NCBI GenBank assembly: GCA_905178155.1
Contig: CAJINV010000022.1
Coordinates: 248,001 to 312,000 of the forward strand
Direction of reading: 5' to 3'
DNA from: Amoebophrya sp. A120
Lineage: Eukaryota > Protista > Dinoflagellata
DNA: 64,000 nucleotides
Positions within the stretch are counted from its first letter, which is position 1, and each line of letters begins with the position of its first letter. Below, in pieces: positions 51,301-62,619 of the stretch. The position numbers and the translations under genes are program-made. The notes below the pieces were generated by a model. The model worked only from the letters and a program-made list of their open reading frames with translations. It was not told the origin of the DNA and made no database searches.

Positions 51301-53717
51301 ATCCACCAAACTACTGCTGGGGGGCGACCCCAGTGCAAAAATAGGTGCAAAAACTTCAGCAATCGGGAACTGCTCTACTGGGCAGCAGCTCCCGCCAGGT
51401 GTTGTTTGTTCAACAAGCCTTCCGGAGGAGCCGTCTGGTGGCGGAGGGACCACGACGACTGTGAGGGCAACGACCTCTTCCGCGTCCGCCCCGGGAGCTC
51501 TTGCTAGTGACTTGATAGGCGCTGGTGGAGGCACTAGTACCAGTACAGGCACCCGAGCAGGAACTACTACGCCACATCAAGTGCAAGTCGCGGTCCCCGC
51601 TCCTATACACGTGAACCGGCCAGTCAGCCGCCGCGCTACCGCCAGCACGGCCTCGACCTCCGCCGCGCAGAGCCGCCGGTCGACTTCTACAACGAATCTC
51701 CGGGGAGGAGGCGGGGGAAGTGGTACTACAGCCACGGGGGGCTCTGTTGCCAACCTGCGCGCAGGAGGTGATCTTCTGGGAGCCTATGGATTGCAAAAAT
51801 GTACGGGTCTGGAAGATTGCAACTTGTAATGCTGTCTTTGGATTCCAAAAAAATCTGTATTGCATGAAGACCAGCAACAGGACTACAGTTTGTGTTACGC
51901 GGAGAGGGCATTTGTCATGCGGAATAGGCATTAGGAAGCCCTCTAAAAATCCGTGTTGCTAGATCATGCATTAGAGGCATCAATCATCATACAAAATACG
52001 CATGACAAGTCTGCATTCTTCCAGACCCAGACATTTTTGCACTTGATAGAGCAGGTGCTAGGCCAAACTCTTCCCGACCCAATAAAGCAGGCAGCAGTGC
52101 GAGCAGCGTCAACCTCTTACGTGGTGGTGGGGGCCACAATTTTACACCGTCCCACCCTTACCTGTCCACACAAGTTTACAAAGCGCGGAACAATACTACT
52201 AGCGGCACGACGCCCACGACGAGCTCGTCTTTGACGCCGAATTTGAAAAATAGACCCCAATCACAACGCACACTGCAGATGATGCAAGGTAGAGACCAAC
52301 ATCATCAGCAGAAAAAATTTCGCCCGACGTTCTCGGATAGGAGAAAGCCAAGTAGTGGCAGGGTCGTTGCATCTGGTACATCGACTTCTTCGCAACAAGC
52401 GAGGGGATTTTCACTCGATCGGGGAAACAACTTCAAAGGAAGCAATGGCGGTGCGCAGCTGAGAACTGGGGCGGGTGGTATAGGGAATTATAACTATGGC
52501 GCGATCAAGGGCGGAAACGTTGGACACGCGGCGCAGAGCAGAAATATTAATTTTCACAACAACTCTTCCACTACGCAACAAGATCAATATCTTCATCTCC
52601 AAGGAGCACAGACAAGCATGAGTGCTGAGATTTCGGCGAGTACGCGAAAGGTTCACCAGAACTTGTTTGAGGAAATAATCCGGCGGAACGCGACCTACGG
52701 GCAACTGCTGCAAAAAATCAAGCAAGCCTACGAGCAGGAACTGGACCGGAAGATGGCGATAGTATATGCATTGCAAAAATGTCTGGGTCTGGAAGAATGG
52801 AAGCTTGTGATGCGCATTTCAGAACACAGAAAAAATCTCTCATGCATAGACAGCATAAGTTGCCCACTTTCGGTCACCAAAATGAGGGATTTGTCATGCG
52901 GATTCGGCATTGCGGAAGCTTTTCGAAGTCTGTGATGCTAGAGCTTCCATGCCAGACCTTCTGTGTCATGCAAAAACAACATGACTCTCCCAGACCCAGA
53001 CATATTTGCGTTTGATAGAGTACCTGCTGGAGGAACTGGGGGCAAGGGTGGCGGGAAAGGTACTTCCTACGTATGTCGGAAGAACAAGCACAGATTGTTT
53101 TTATTTGGTCTGTGTATAGCAAAGTCAGTCACGTAGAACTAGGAGTATGGATGGTAACTAACTAACATCATGTTGAACATGAAGTCAAGATGTAGGTTCA
53201 CAACAACGGAATAAAACTTCGTCCAAAAAAATAATAACCCACAGCTCTTCACGACCAACACTTTCACCACCAGGACAGCACCCTGACCCGCGACTATCTT
53301 CTCGCGGAGCGGCGCAACGAGAACGCGAAACTAGAATTAGAGAAGCTCACGAATGACTTGAGGCAGGAAAGCGATAAGCTACAGAAATCGCAGAAGCTTT
53401 TCGAGTACACCCTCGACCAACTGCAGAGACGATCGCCGGCCCAGCGGTCGGAAAAATCCTTAGCGTTGCTCTCTTCCATCGAACCCAGCGGCATGAACGA
53501 ACTAGACACCGAGGACGGCCAGACCCCAGGTGGGCACATTCTTTTTTCCGAAAGCAACTATTTAAACAGCAAAATGGACAAGACCAACTCGGTCAACATG
53601 CTCTTCGACGCGTTAAACGGGATGGACAACAGCTTCTACTCTGCCGGAAATATCACGGGAACTTCGATTACGCGTTGCAAATATAATGATGATTTCTGGA
53701 CGTCTGGAGAGTTGTGA
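45320..53717 (+). CDS. Large S/T/G/A-rich low-complexity protein with C-terminal coiled coil, possibly TSNAXIP1-N-like; start uncertain
   Basis: Continuous frame after removing 8 introners and GT-AG introns 50161-50411 and 53071-53273; segment KVHQNLFEEIIRRNATYGQLLQKIKQAYE resembles TSNAXIP1_N from memory, needs an HMM check. Confidence 0.75.
45690..45984. mobile_element. Introner, family F-like
   Basis: AAAAATGCCCCCACCCCC..GGGGGCGGGGGCAATTTT, TSD CGGCA. Confidence 0.9.
46100..46351. mobile_element. Introner family A
   Basis: TAC..ATG, TSD CCAGA. Confidence 0.9.
47233..47496. mobile_element. Introner family A
   Basis: TAT..ATA; right ACAAA copy displaced by 3 nt; frame kept either way. Confidence 0.85.
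49044..49319. mobile_element. Introner family A
   Basis: TAT..AGT, TSD TAGAT. Confidence 0.88.
49601..49746. mobile_element. Introner family C
   Basis: TAT..ATG, TSD GCTCC. Confidence 0.9.
50790..51087. mobile_element. Introner family B
   Basis: TSD AGCGA. Confidence 0.9.
51785..52048. mobile_element. Introner family A
   Basis: TSD GAGCC/GAGCA. Confidence 0.9.
52765..53017. mobile_element. Introner family A
   Basis: TSD TAGTA/GAGTA. Confidence 0.9.
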
Positions 53718-53760
53718 AGATGCTCCTGATGTGTGGAAGTTGTAGATGAACTTGAAGAAC

Positions 53761-54655
53761 TATTGAAAGAAAAAACTGTGTTAGTGTAGGTGTTGGAAAA
53801 ATCACTACTTTTTTTGATATGCAAAACTAAAAAATTCTCAAGCTGCGGCGCAATCAACGACCTGGTATGTGTTGACGTTTATAAGGTGAATTTATATAGT
53901 CAAAACTAGCTACGGCTGCTGCGGTATATGTGAATAGTTAAGGAGGCAGGACTCCAAAAGTCCGAACGCGGAAAGTATAAGGAGGCCGAAAGTTCCAGAA
54001 CCCGCGCGCGAACGGCGTTGACTGCAATTCGGGCAGGGAAAACAGAAAAGTGAAAGTGTAGGCCACATTCCGGAAAAGGGAAAATGACGAGTGTAGCAGA
54101 GAAACTCTTCTCCTTGGGGGGGTCGAAAGGACGTCCAGAAATCGCACTACACTCGTTCGGATCTCTTTTCCAAGATGGCCATTTACAGTGATTCTTTTTT
54201 CTTTTTATAGGTGGGGATTAGGAAAGAGAAAATTGCCAGTGTAGCATTTTCATTATCGCGCTGGGGGGGTGGTCGGGGGGGGTCGAGAAAGTGCCTCGAT
54301 TTCAACGCGACCTGAAGAGTTGGCTTTGCGCTTACAATCATAAAATTATCTTTTCCGCCTCCAATTCTTCGGACTTTTCTCTTCTCAAAATGAAAACGCA
54401 ACAAGGGCCGGCATGGAGGAGTACTACGACGATGCCCAGCGGGTTTCGAAGCAGAAACATAAGCCCTGCCTCCTTAACTAGCTAAAGACAATTATTACCG
54501 AGGCAGCCGCTAGCTACTTGTATTCCAAGCACCACAACACAGGCAGCATTAAGAAAACCGGACTTGCCTGCTCTTGAAAAAATCTTGAGCCTCCGCTATT
54601 AAAAAATATCGCACTTTCTGAAATACCTACACTAACACAGTTTTTTCTTTCAATA
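53761..54655. mobile_element. 895-bp non-autonomous long-TIR DNA transposon with introner-type ends
   Basis: 31-bp perfect TIR TATTGAAAGAAAAAACTGTGTTAGTGTAGGT, patchy extension to about 190 bp, perfect TSD AGAAC. Confidence 0.9.
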
Positions 54656-54848
54656 AGAACACAGCACTTCCGAACTACGCACGGAAGCATGACACGCTTG
54701 CAGAATGCCTTCTATTACGCAGTTCTTGTCCGCATCATGAGCTCCTGCGCACAGAAAAATAAATGTAAGGCCAGCAACGTATTTACACAATTACAAGTTC
54801 CAACTTTATCCCAGAACCAGGCATAGAAATTTGCACTCCTGGATATCG

Positions 54849-57800
54849 ATGCTCGGGACGAACAACACGATCAACACAAACAACACCACGCTGCACAACA
54901 TCAACTCGAAGTTGGAAGTGCAGAAGGTGAAGGGCTCGAAGATAAAGCTGTCGACTAACACTAGCATCAGCAACAACGACAACTCAAGCAATAACTTAAT
55001 GCTGGCCGAGCCGACTCCGGCGATGCTCGATGAGAAACAGAAGGAGCTGTATGACAGTGCACAACTCCCCCTCCCCCTCATTTGTTTGTCATGAGCAGCA
55101 ATGCAAACACCAGCACACGTGGAGCCTCGGCATGACTGATGTAGTACTGTTTGGGCTTCAGAATCTGCCATGCAATAAACAGTGCCACGAGGCAGCGACT
55201 GGGTTTGGTGTTTTGCATGACAAATGAGGGGGAAGGGGAGTTGTACAAATTCATTAGCTGATGAAACAGCCAAGAAACGAGTTGGATGGGGGTCGTGTGG
55301 AAAATTTTGTCGGTGACAGGTAAAGATAAGTACTCATATTGCTTTTACTGCCGATGCAATGCTGGTCTAGCGCACTGTATGTCTATGGCAACGCAGACTG
55401 ACTGCAGTATATCCTTGCGGGTGATATTTTGCCGCATGGTGTCATGGGCTAATTTTTCTAAGCTGCGAATAGCATGCAGGAAAATGTTATGCAACATGGT
55501 ATGATAGACGACGTAAAATAGTGGTTTCAATACAAATGATCATGATTTCGCAGGAACGTTATAACGTTGTATGAAAAATCAATATAAACGACAAATACAC
55601 AGGGTCACGGCCCAAGTCATTCACGGTTCTCCGGAATTCAACATGCCGACTGTGCACCAAATAAACCACGACGGGGGAGCCTCTATGCATTGCAAAAGTA
55701 TCGTACTCGTACTAAAACTAATCGCGTTCCTGCATTACAAATTTCTTGCTCACGTTAAGTCCGCATTACAAATTTCATTTCTCATGCCGAGGAAATTTGT
55801 GATGCGCTTCGTGCTGGTAAGATAATTTTGCAGTGCATAGCCTCCATTTCGCAGCAAAACAGCGCAACGAAGAACAACAACAGGATGAATGTTCTCGCGA
55901 GTCCGAATTCGCAAGAGTCTTGCGAACTGCTGAACCAAGCGATACTGAGCTCGCCGGTTTCCGATTTGAGCTCAATCACGGGTGGGTGTGGTGCTGGTGC
56001 AGGTGGTGTCTCAGGACTGACGAACAACACACTGATATTAAACAACGGAGGAGGTGTAGGTGGTACTAGTGGGGCACAACTTTTATCCTCCTCGTCGGGA
56101 GTAATAAACAACAGCGGGAACAACAGCAGCTCGAGTCTTTTGATCCCAACGCTTTCAGAAGGTGGAGGGAATGGGATCCCACCTCCGCGAGAGCCGAACT
56201 CTACCATCGGAACGAATCAACAGCTGAATCGGACAAGCTCTTTGACGGCATTGCAGGGCAGCTTCATGCAGGAGGGACAAATTCCGATTGGTTTTGGTAG
56301 CCGGCCACAGGAGCAGCTGCAGGGAGCAGAAATAAACGTGTCTAGGGCGGGAGCAGACAGTATCCACAGTAAATTTCCCGTACACGTAGAAATGCGGTCT
56401 CTGCATGACAAAACTTGGCTTCGATCCTAGTTTAGCATGACAAGTTTTACGCTCCAAAATGGTGAAATTTGTGATGCATCTTGTACATATACGGGAGATT
56501 TGTATTCCATAGACAGCAACACAAATTCCGCGACTTTGAACTCGAATTTTAGTACGACGCCAAACATGTTGAACCTAACGCTGACGCCGAACATGCTGCG
56601 AAACGAAATCGGCAGGGGCAGTGCGGGAGTTGTTGGCACGACACTGTCGAACGGCATGACAGATACCTGCTACGGGGAAATGGACCAGATGATGGAAGTA
56701 CCCTGTGCAAAAGTATCGTACTCGTATTGCAATCATGCATGACAAATCCACCTTTTGTTAAGGTAAATCCGCATTACAAATTTAATTTCTCATGCTGAGA
56801 AAATTATTTGTAATGCATTTAGGCGAGTGCGATACTTTTGCAGTTCATAGGAAGCGTCGCACTACAAAAACCAGGGCACTAGGCCCTCTTCCTCGGTTCC
56901 TGCAGAGGAGCTTGTTCACAACGGTACTTCTACGAGGCACAACAAACTTGGAGCTGCCAAGAGGCTGCAGTCAACTCAACAACAAAGCGCCTCTACTTCC
57001 TCTGCGGTTGCAAGCGGACCGCCTGCTGCAATACCAATACAAATTCAGCAACAGCAGAATATTGCGACGCAGCAAGTTTTTTCGTCTGCAGGCGTAACAA
57101 TAAATCCTCGTGGTCCACCAGCACCGCCCGACATCGACAGTTCGCTGCGTACGTTGTCACCCTTGGAAACGCCGGAGAAAGTTTTGAGCTTGAATGCCAA
57201 GGCGCGAATGAAACTCGGTGTGGAAAACAAAGTGGATCGCTACGTCCAGGAACTGGAGATGGAGGACGAGGAAGCATCTTCGGAAAGCTGTGGTCCTCAC
57301 CACGGTGCTGGACGAGGACCTGCTGCGGTGTTAACAATCCCGAAGATCCAGGAGCCGCCCGAGGAGGCAGCAACTACTTCCGGGGCCAATCCCAATGCCA
57401 ACTGCGAGGATATGCATGGCAAAAGCATCGCACTAGTAGAAACCACATCACAAGTTTTTTCATTCGAGTACTAGAACAGAAATGCAATTTGTCATGCTAG
57501 TTCAGGTGGTAGAATCATGCATAACTACAAGTAGTACGAGAGCGATACTTTTGCAATGCATAGAGGAGCTGCGAGAGCAATACCACTACGCCTCGGGCTC
57601 GCCGTCGTTTCGCGAAGGTGCGACGGCACCGGTTTCCCGTACAATTTTTGAGATACTTGATTTATTTCCTGAAATTGTCAACATGCAGGACACGCAGCAT
57701 GATGATGATCGTCTTTGTTGTTGATTTTTCGCGCATTACAAAGTACTACTTAAGGTGCCAAAAGCCTTAAAAACTTACTCTGAAAAGCCTCCGAAGCCGA

Positions 57801-58867
57801 TTCTTCTGTTGAGGGTGGTCCGCGCTTCGAGCAGCGCGTCTTCCATCCAAAAATCAAGAGGCCGGACTTCATTCCAGTTCTTGATTTGAACAACCTTTCT
57901 GCCGAGGAGTCGAGTTACGAGAGCGACGAGGAGGAGGAGGAGGATCCAGAGGACCACGGCGATATGCATTGCAAAGGAACTCTCGTATTGCTAAGTAGAA
58001 ATTGCATTACAGATTTTCTCAGCATGAAAAATTGAATTTGTCATGCTGTTTTGCCTTCTTGTAAAGGAGATCATGTATATCTGCAATTTGTACTTCTAGT
58101 ACGAGTGTGGTACAACTTTTGCGCAGGATAGTCGATGCTGAGGGGGAACTCGACGACCAAAATCTCAGCGAGGCAACCATGGACAACGCGCCTATGTATC
58201 CACAGAAATAACGAAAAGTACGGGCATTCCCATCTTCCGTATAGTTTGCATGATCAATACAGACTCAGGCCCGGCTTCGTGGCCGCGTTTTGCATAGCAA
58301 ATAGGAAGATCAACTGGCGGATAAGAAAAGTTTTCTTGTGGATACGAAGGAAGAGGACGAGGATGACCTGGAAGAACTGGATCAAGGTGCTGGAACATCA
58401 AGCCTCTCACGTATGAGAGTGAACAGCCCCCCTTTTCCCGCCGTCCTCCCTCGTTTGTAAATGCAAAATACCAAATTCATAAACTATATCCTGCCTGTAA
58501 ACACTGTCAGCATGACGAATTTTGGAACCTCGTCCTCGAACAGTTGCACTCCAATCCTCCCGGCTCGGCAGCTTTATTGTGATTGTCACGCTTCATCAGC
58601 AATTGCCTGTGTTACTCCTGTGTGTGCCCTACATGATCACGACATGAGAGGGACCACGTCGAGAGGGAGCTGCAGCTGTTGTGCACTTTCATATCACGAC
58701 CAGCGCCTCCAGTTGTGGAGCTCGATCTCGGATCTAGCAGCGGCGACGCAGATAGTGGGCGTAATTATGACTACCAAGAAAACGAAAACCACGGACACTA
58801 CGCGAGCGAAGGCGAGATCGAAGAAGAAATTGAGGAGGACATTGAAGCGGAAGTAGAAGACGAATAA
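54849..58867 (+). CDS. Hypothetical N/S/G-rich protein with acidic C-terminus; start uncertain
   Basis: Continuous frame after removing 8 introners and GT-AG introns 55320-55602 and 57618-57787; ends EEEIEEDIEAEVEDE-stop. Confidence 0.72.
55050..55255. mobile_element. Introner family G
   Basis: TAT..ATT, TSD AGCTG. Confidence 0.9.
55684..55839. mobile_element. Introner family C
   Basis: TSD GCCTC. Confidence 0.92.
56361..56511. mobile_element. Introner family L
   Basis: TSD GACAG. Confidence 0.92.
56699..56849. mobile_element. Introner family C
   Basis: TAC..ATA, TSD GGAAG. Confidence 0.92.
57411..57562. mobile_element. Introner family C, diverged
   Basis: TSD GAGGA. Confidence 0.9.
57963..58130. 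mobile_element. Introner family C, diverged
   Basis: TSD GGCGA/GTCGA. Confidence 0.85.
58197..58344. mobile_element. Decayed introner, family K-like
   Basis: TATCCACAGAAA..TTTCTTGTGGATA, TSD CTATG/CGAAG; removal restores the acidic frame. Confidence 0.65.
58412..58693. mobile_element. Introner family G
   Basis: TSD TCACG. Confidence 0.9.
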
Positions 58868-60224
58868 AAAACCAAGTAAGTAGTAGATGATAAGTTGTCA
58901 CGACCTCCAGATGTTGAGCTAGGTTTTTTGTGAAATTGCCAAAGTAGGAAAATAAACCCCTCGTAGTAGACAGATCTGTCAGCAAAAAGTCAATAGAAAT
59001 AGTATTAAAACCCCACTATTATTTTTTTCGAATGAGTTTTTTTTTCTCTGTGTGTGAAGAGGAAGTCGGTGGAGACGAGAAAATAGATGGTAATGCTGAT
59101 CTACTTCCATGATTTTACTTGTATTTTCTACAGCCCGCGAGCTTCTACTTCAACTTCTGTGAAAACATGGCACCAGCATTATTCCTATTTCATCTTCATC
59201 AAAGTTTAGGCAGGTGCAAAACGAACTTCTACTCTAAGCAGTCGATGGCCAAAGCTTGCCCTGCTGCATAACGGTTTTCTTTTTCCACTTCCAAAAAAAT
59301 GTTTCTGAAGAATAATTTGTTTTTGTGTGTGTAGTGTAACAAGCAGGATATTTTTATTGAAGTTGGCAAAAGTGCTTTTATCAACAACGGCCTTACTTGT
59401 AGACCACGAGAAGGCGATATATTTCCTTCGTTAGAGATGAGTTCACAGAAAGGGACATGCTATTCCAAATATCGATAACCATAACCGATCAAAGTGTCGG
59501 GGTGATAAAAATGAAACCATGATTACGTAAGATTTTGGTAGAATTCATTGGTCGAATTGAAGCCGATCTCGCTACTATTGAATAGTAATGGAGGCACAAA
59601 ATCGATTTTCTGCTATTTTCTAGGAAGCTTTATTTTCCGGAAGTCGGAAAATCCGGACCGCAGCGATCTCCCGAGATCTTTCCGGAAGTCCAGATCTCTC
59701 CGGAAAATCGAATGTCCGGCAAGGTGCCGACGTTGTCCATAGGGTTGAGGGGCTGCAGAATCGATTTTGTGGCCGGTAGGGCTCGTTGCCCGTACCTCAT
59801 AGGGCGCGCGCTGGGACGGGGGTAGGTTGGTAAGGCATTGGCGTGGGAGACTGCATCCGCGAAGAAAGGGCGGACGCACAAAATCGATTTTGTGGGAGAT
59901 CCGCTAAAGCGCATAGCTGGATGGAAGCTCTCCCCCCTTGTCCGTCGGCCCGGCGGATTGCGTGGCGCACCGCCTCGATATTGAGCCACGCAGCCGCTCG
60001 ATTCGGTCGGACCTGGGAAGCTGCGAAATCGATTTTGTGTGGTCGGGCGATTGTGTGGCCTTCAACAGCGATTGCGCGACCCACAACGGCGAACCTGTGG
60101 CCAGCACAAAGCCGACCTTTTGGACGGCGCTGCGTTCTGGGGGAATGGAAAATCGATTTTGTGCAATCTGCGGGATTGCGCGTCTGGAGGAGGGGTTTTG
60201 TGCAATCCGCGCCTGCGGGATTCG

Positions 60225-61184
60225 ATTTTGACTTTGAGTGATTTTGTGTTCTGCCCTTTGTACATGACCAGTAGACAGAGCAAAGGCAAGACTCTCGAGA
60301 AATATTAACCACGCGACACATAGCGGAAAGCATCCGAGTTGGGTCGCGAATCTAAGGAACAACTTTACAACCAGAAGGAAGCTGACAACTAGAAGAGAAA
60401 CAAAAAAAAAAAAAAAGAAGAAGACGGAAGTGGCGGGCAGGGGCAAACGTGGAGGCCTGGCACAGGAGGAAGGCTGTATCGGAGGGGTAGAAGAAGAAGA
60501 GAAAAGCACTATGTGTATGACTTGAAAGGTTTTTGCTACGAATAAAGTTGCCACGCCGAGGAGTTTTCTGGATGACAGTGTACCTAGGGCGACTGTGGTT
60601 CAAAAAATGTAAATCTCGATCTGGGGCACACTTTAGGGGAATGCTTTCAACAAGACACACAAATCTGTAATGCAGACGTCAAATAAACTTGCACTCAAAA
60701 AACAAAACTGCGCTGCTCTTTTCCAGATCTTAGACGAAAATACTACTACAACAAATCGGCTGGGTCAAGGCAGAAGGAAAAGCGTCGACCTCTCGTACTA
60801 CGACATCGATCGCACAAAGAAAATTTGCTACAGTTCTGCAAGGGCCGTTTTTCGATAGTTTAAAAAGTGTTTTCGAATATTTAGCTCGTGGAAATTGTCA
60901 CACAAACTGCCAGGCGGGGTCATAGCGTGCGCTTAAAGAATTCACGGTAGGCACGGGTAGAATAGATACCACTCGAACCCGTTAGTTGACAGCTCTCGAG
61001 TACATGACCCAAAAGCTATGAGGTGCAAGATGGCAGTGATGATGATTTAGAGATTTGGAAAAAAGAAAAAAAAAAAAGCAACAAAACACACCACACGGCA
61101 GGAAGATTTTGACTTTGAGTGATTTTGTGTTCTGCCCTTTGTACATGACCAGTAGACAGAGCAAAGGCAAGACTCTCGAGAAAT
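60225..61184 (+). repeat. Direct repeat pair of about 80 bp (60225-60304, 61105-61184)
   Basis: GATTTTGACTTTGAGTGATTTTGTGTTCTGCCC...GACTCTCGAGAAATA occurs twice. Confidence 0.9.
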
Positions 61185-61188
61185 AATG

Positions 61189-61742
61189 CGCAATGCAAAA
61201 TCGATTTTGTGGAATGCAAAATCGATTTTGCGGCATTCGGTTTTGTGCAATGCAAAACCGTGATGTGGTTTTGTGCAATGCAAAATCGATTTTGTGCAAT
61301 GCAAAATCGATTTTGCGGGATTCGGTTTTGTGCAATGCAAAATTGATTTTGTGCAATCCGCGTCTGAGGGAATGCAAAATCTATTTTGTGCAATGCAAAA
61401 TCGGGACTCGGTTTTGTGCAATGCAAAATCGATCTTGTGCAATGCAAAATCGATTTTGTGCAATGCAAGATCGATTTTGCGGCATTCGGTTTTGTGCAAT
61501 GCAAAATCGATTTTGTGCAATGCAAAATCGGGCTTCGGTTTTGTGCAACGCAAAATCGATTTTTTGCAATGCAAAATCGATTTTGTGCAATGCAAAATCG
61601 GGCTTCGGTTTTGTGCAACGCAAAATCGATTTTGTGCAATGCAAAATCGATTTTGCGGGATTCGGTTTCGTGCAATGCAAAATCGATTTTATGCAATCCG
61701 CGTCTGCGGGAATGCAAAATCGATTTTGAGCAATGCAAAATT
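61189..61742. repeat. Tandem array, basic unit 21 bp, with palindromic core
   Basis: (GCAATGCAAAATCGATTTTGT)n with TTCGGTTTT variants; dispersed AATCGATTTT copies at 59600-60160. Confidence 0.92.
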
Positions 61743-62521
61743 CGGGAATCGGGAATCGCCCCCCTTAGGTTGGTTGGCTCTGGCCTCTACAGTTTCGCCG
61801 CGCCACCGGATTTTTTTTCGATTTTCTTGGCCGATAAAAAGTTGGTCCAAATCACTACCAATGCATACGCAGTCGCGAATACGATTTTCATCGCCAGGGT
61901 GGTTGCTGAAAACAAGGTTTTTGAGTCGTTTGAAAATCGGCGCCTTGATGAAAGAGAAATACTCCTGTCATAGTCATTCCGTCATAACTGTCGACGCATC
62001 AGAGTAGAAGTTGGTGGAGGTGGCAAGGTCACTATTGCTCGTCGTGGTCTGTGGTAATATTCTTGCAAAAATCGCGCGCGTCGTTTGTTGATACAGATAT
62101 CGCTTCTCGTCGACTACTTCGGTTTCGATGTTTTGGTAAAACTGCAAAAAATCGCCTTCAATTTTCTTACAAATCTTTTTCGTTTCTCTTCACTACTCGA
62201 CGTTGTGAGCAGGAGGTTTATTCTAGACTACTTTGTCAAGATGAGCAGTTTCATCGACTATTAGAAGAAGCAACTACTCAGGTTGATACTACGGAAGATT
62301 TTTTGAACGAGATTCTTTAAGTGAGTAAGTATGTGGTGAAGCTACGTCGACCAGCACCTCGTCAGAAAAAGAACGACCGAAAGGCTCGACATCAGGCCGG
62401 CTTGGTGTGATGAACACAACATCTTTATACGTGACAAACTAAGCGCAAAAATAAACAAGCCATGCTCGTGAATAGAGGCTTGGAGCAGTATCCGCCACCA
62501 GGAGGACCGGGGTCGACGTCC

Positions 62522-62590
62522 TATCAACTGCAAATATGCCTGGGTCTGGAAGGATCCAACTTGTGATGCTGTCTTTGGATTCTGATTACA
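62522..62590. mobile_element. Left end of a family A introner, interrupted; right end not in window
   Basis: TATCAACTGCAAATATGCCTGGGTCTGGAAGG..TTGTGATGCTGTCTTTGGATTCT followed by unrelated sequence. Confidence 0.8.
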
Positions 62591-62619
62591 AGACTAATAA
62601 TGATCATTAGCGCTATTCT

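Noticed and set aside
14347-58693. Many short Cys/Met/His-rich ORFs (for example CKYVWVWKLVML, FQTQT, LSKNVPTPE)
   Set aside because: They are recurring translations of non-coding introner TIRs; I recognised no transposase anywhere in the window.
61016-62007. Long ORFs of 178-244 aa on both strands
   Set aside because: They are translations of the 21-bp satellite, open in several frames.
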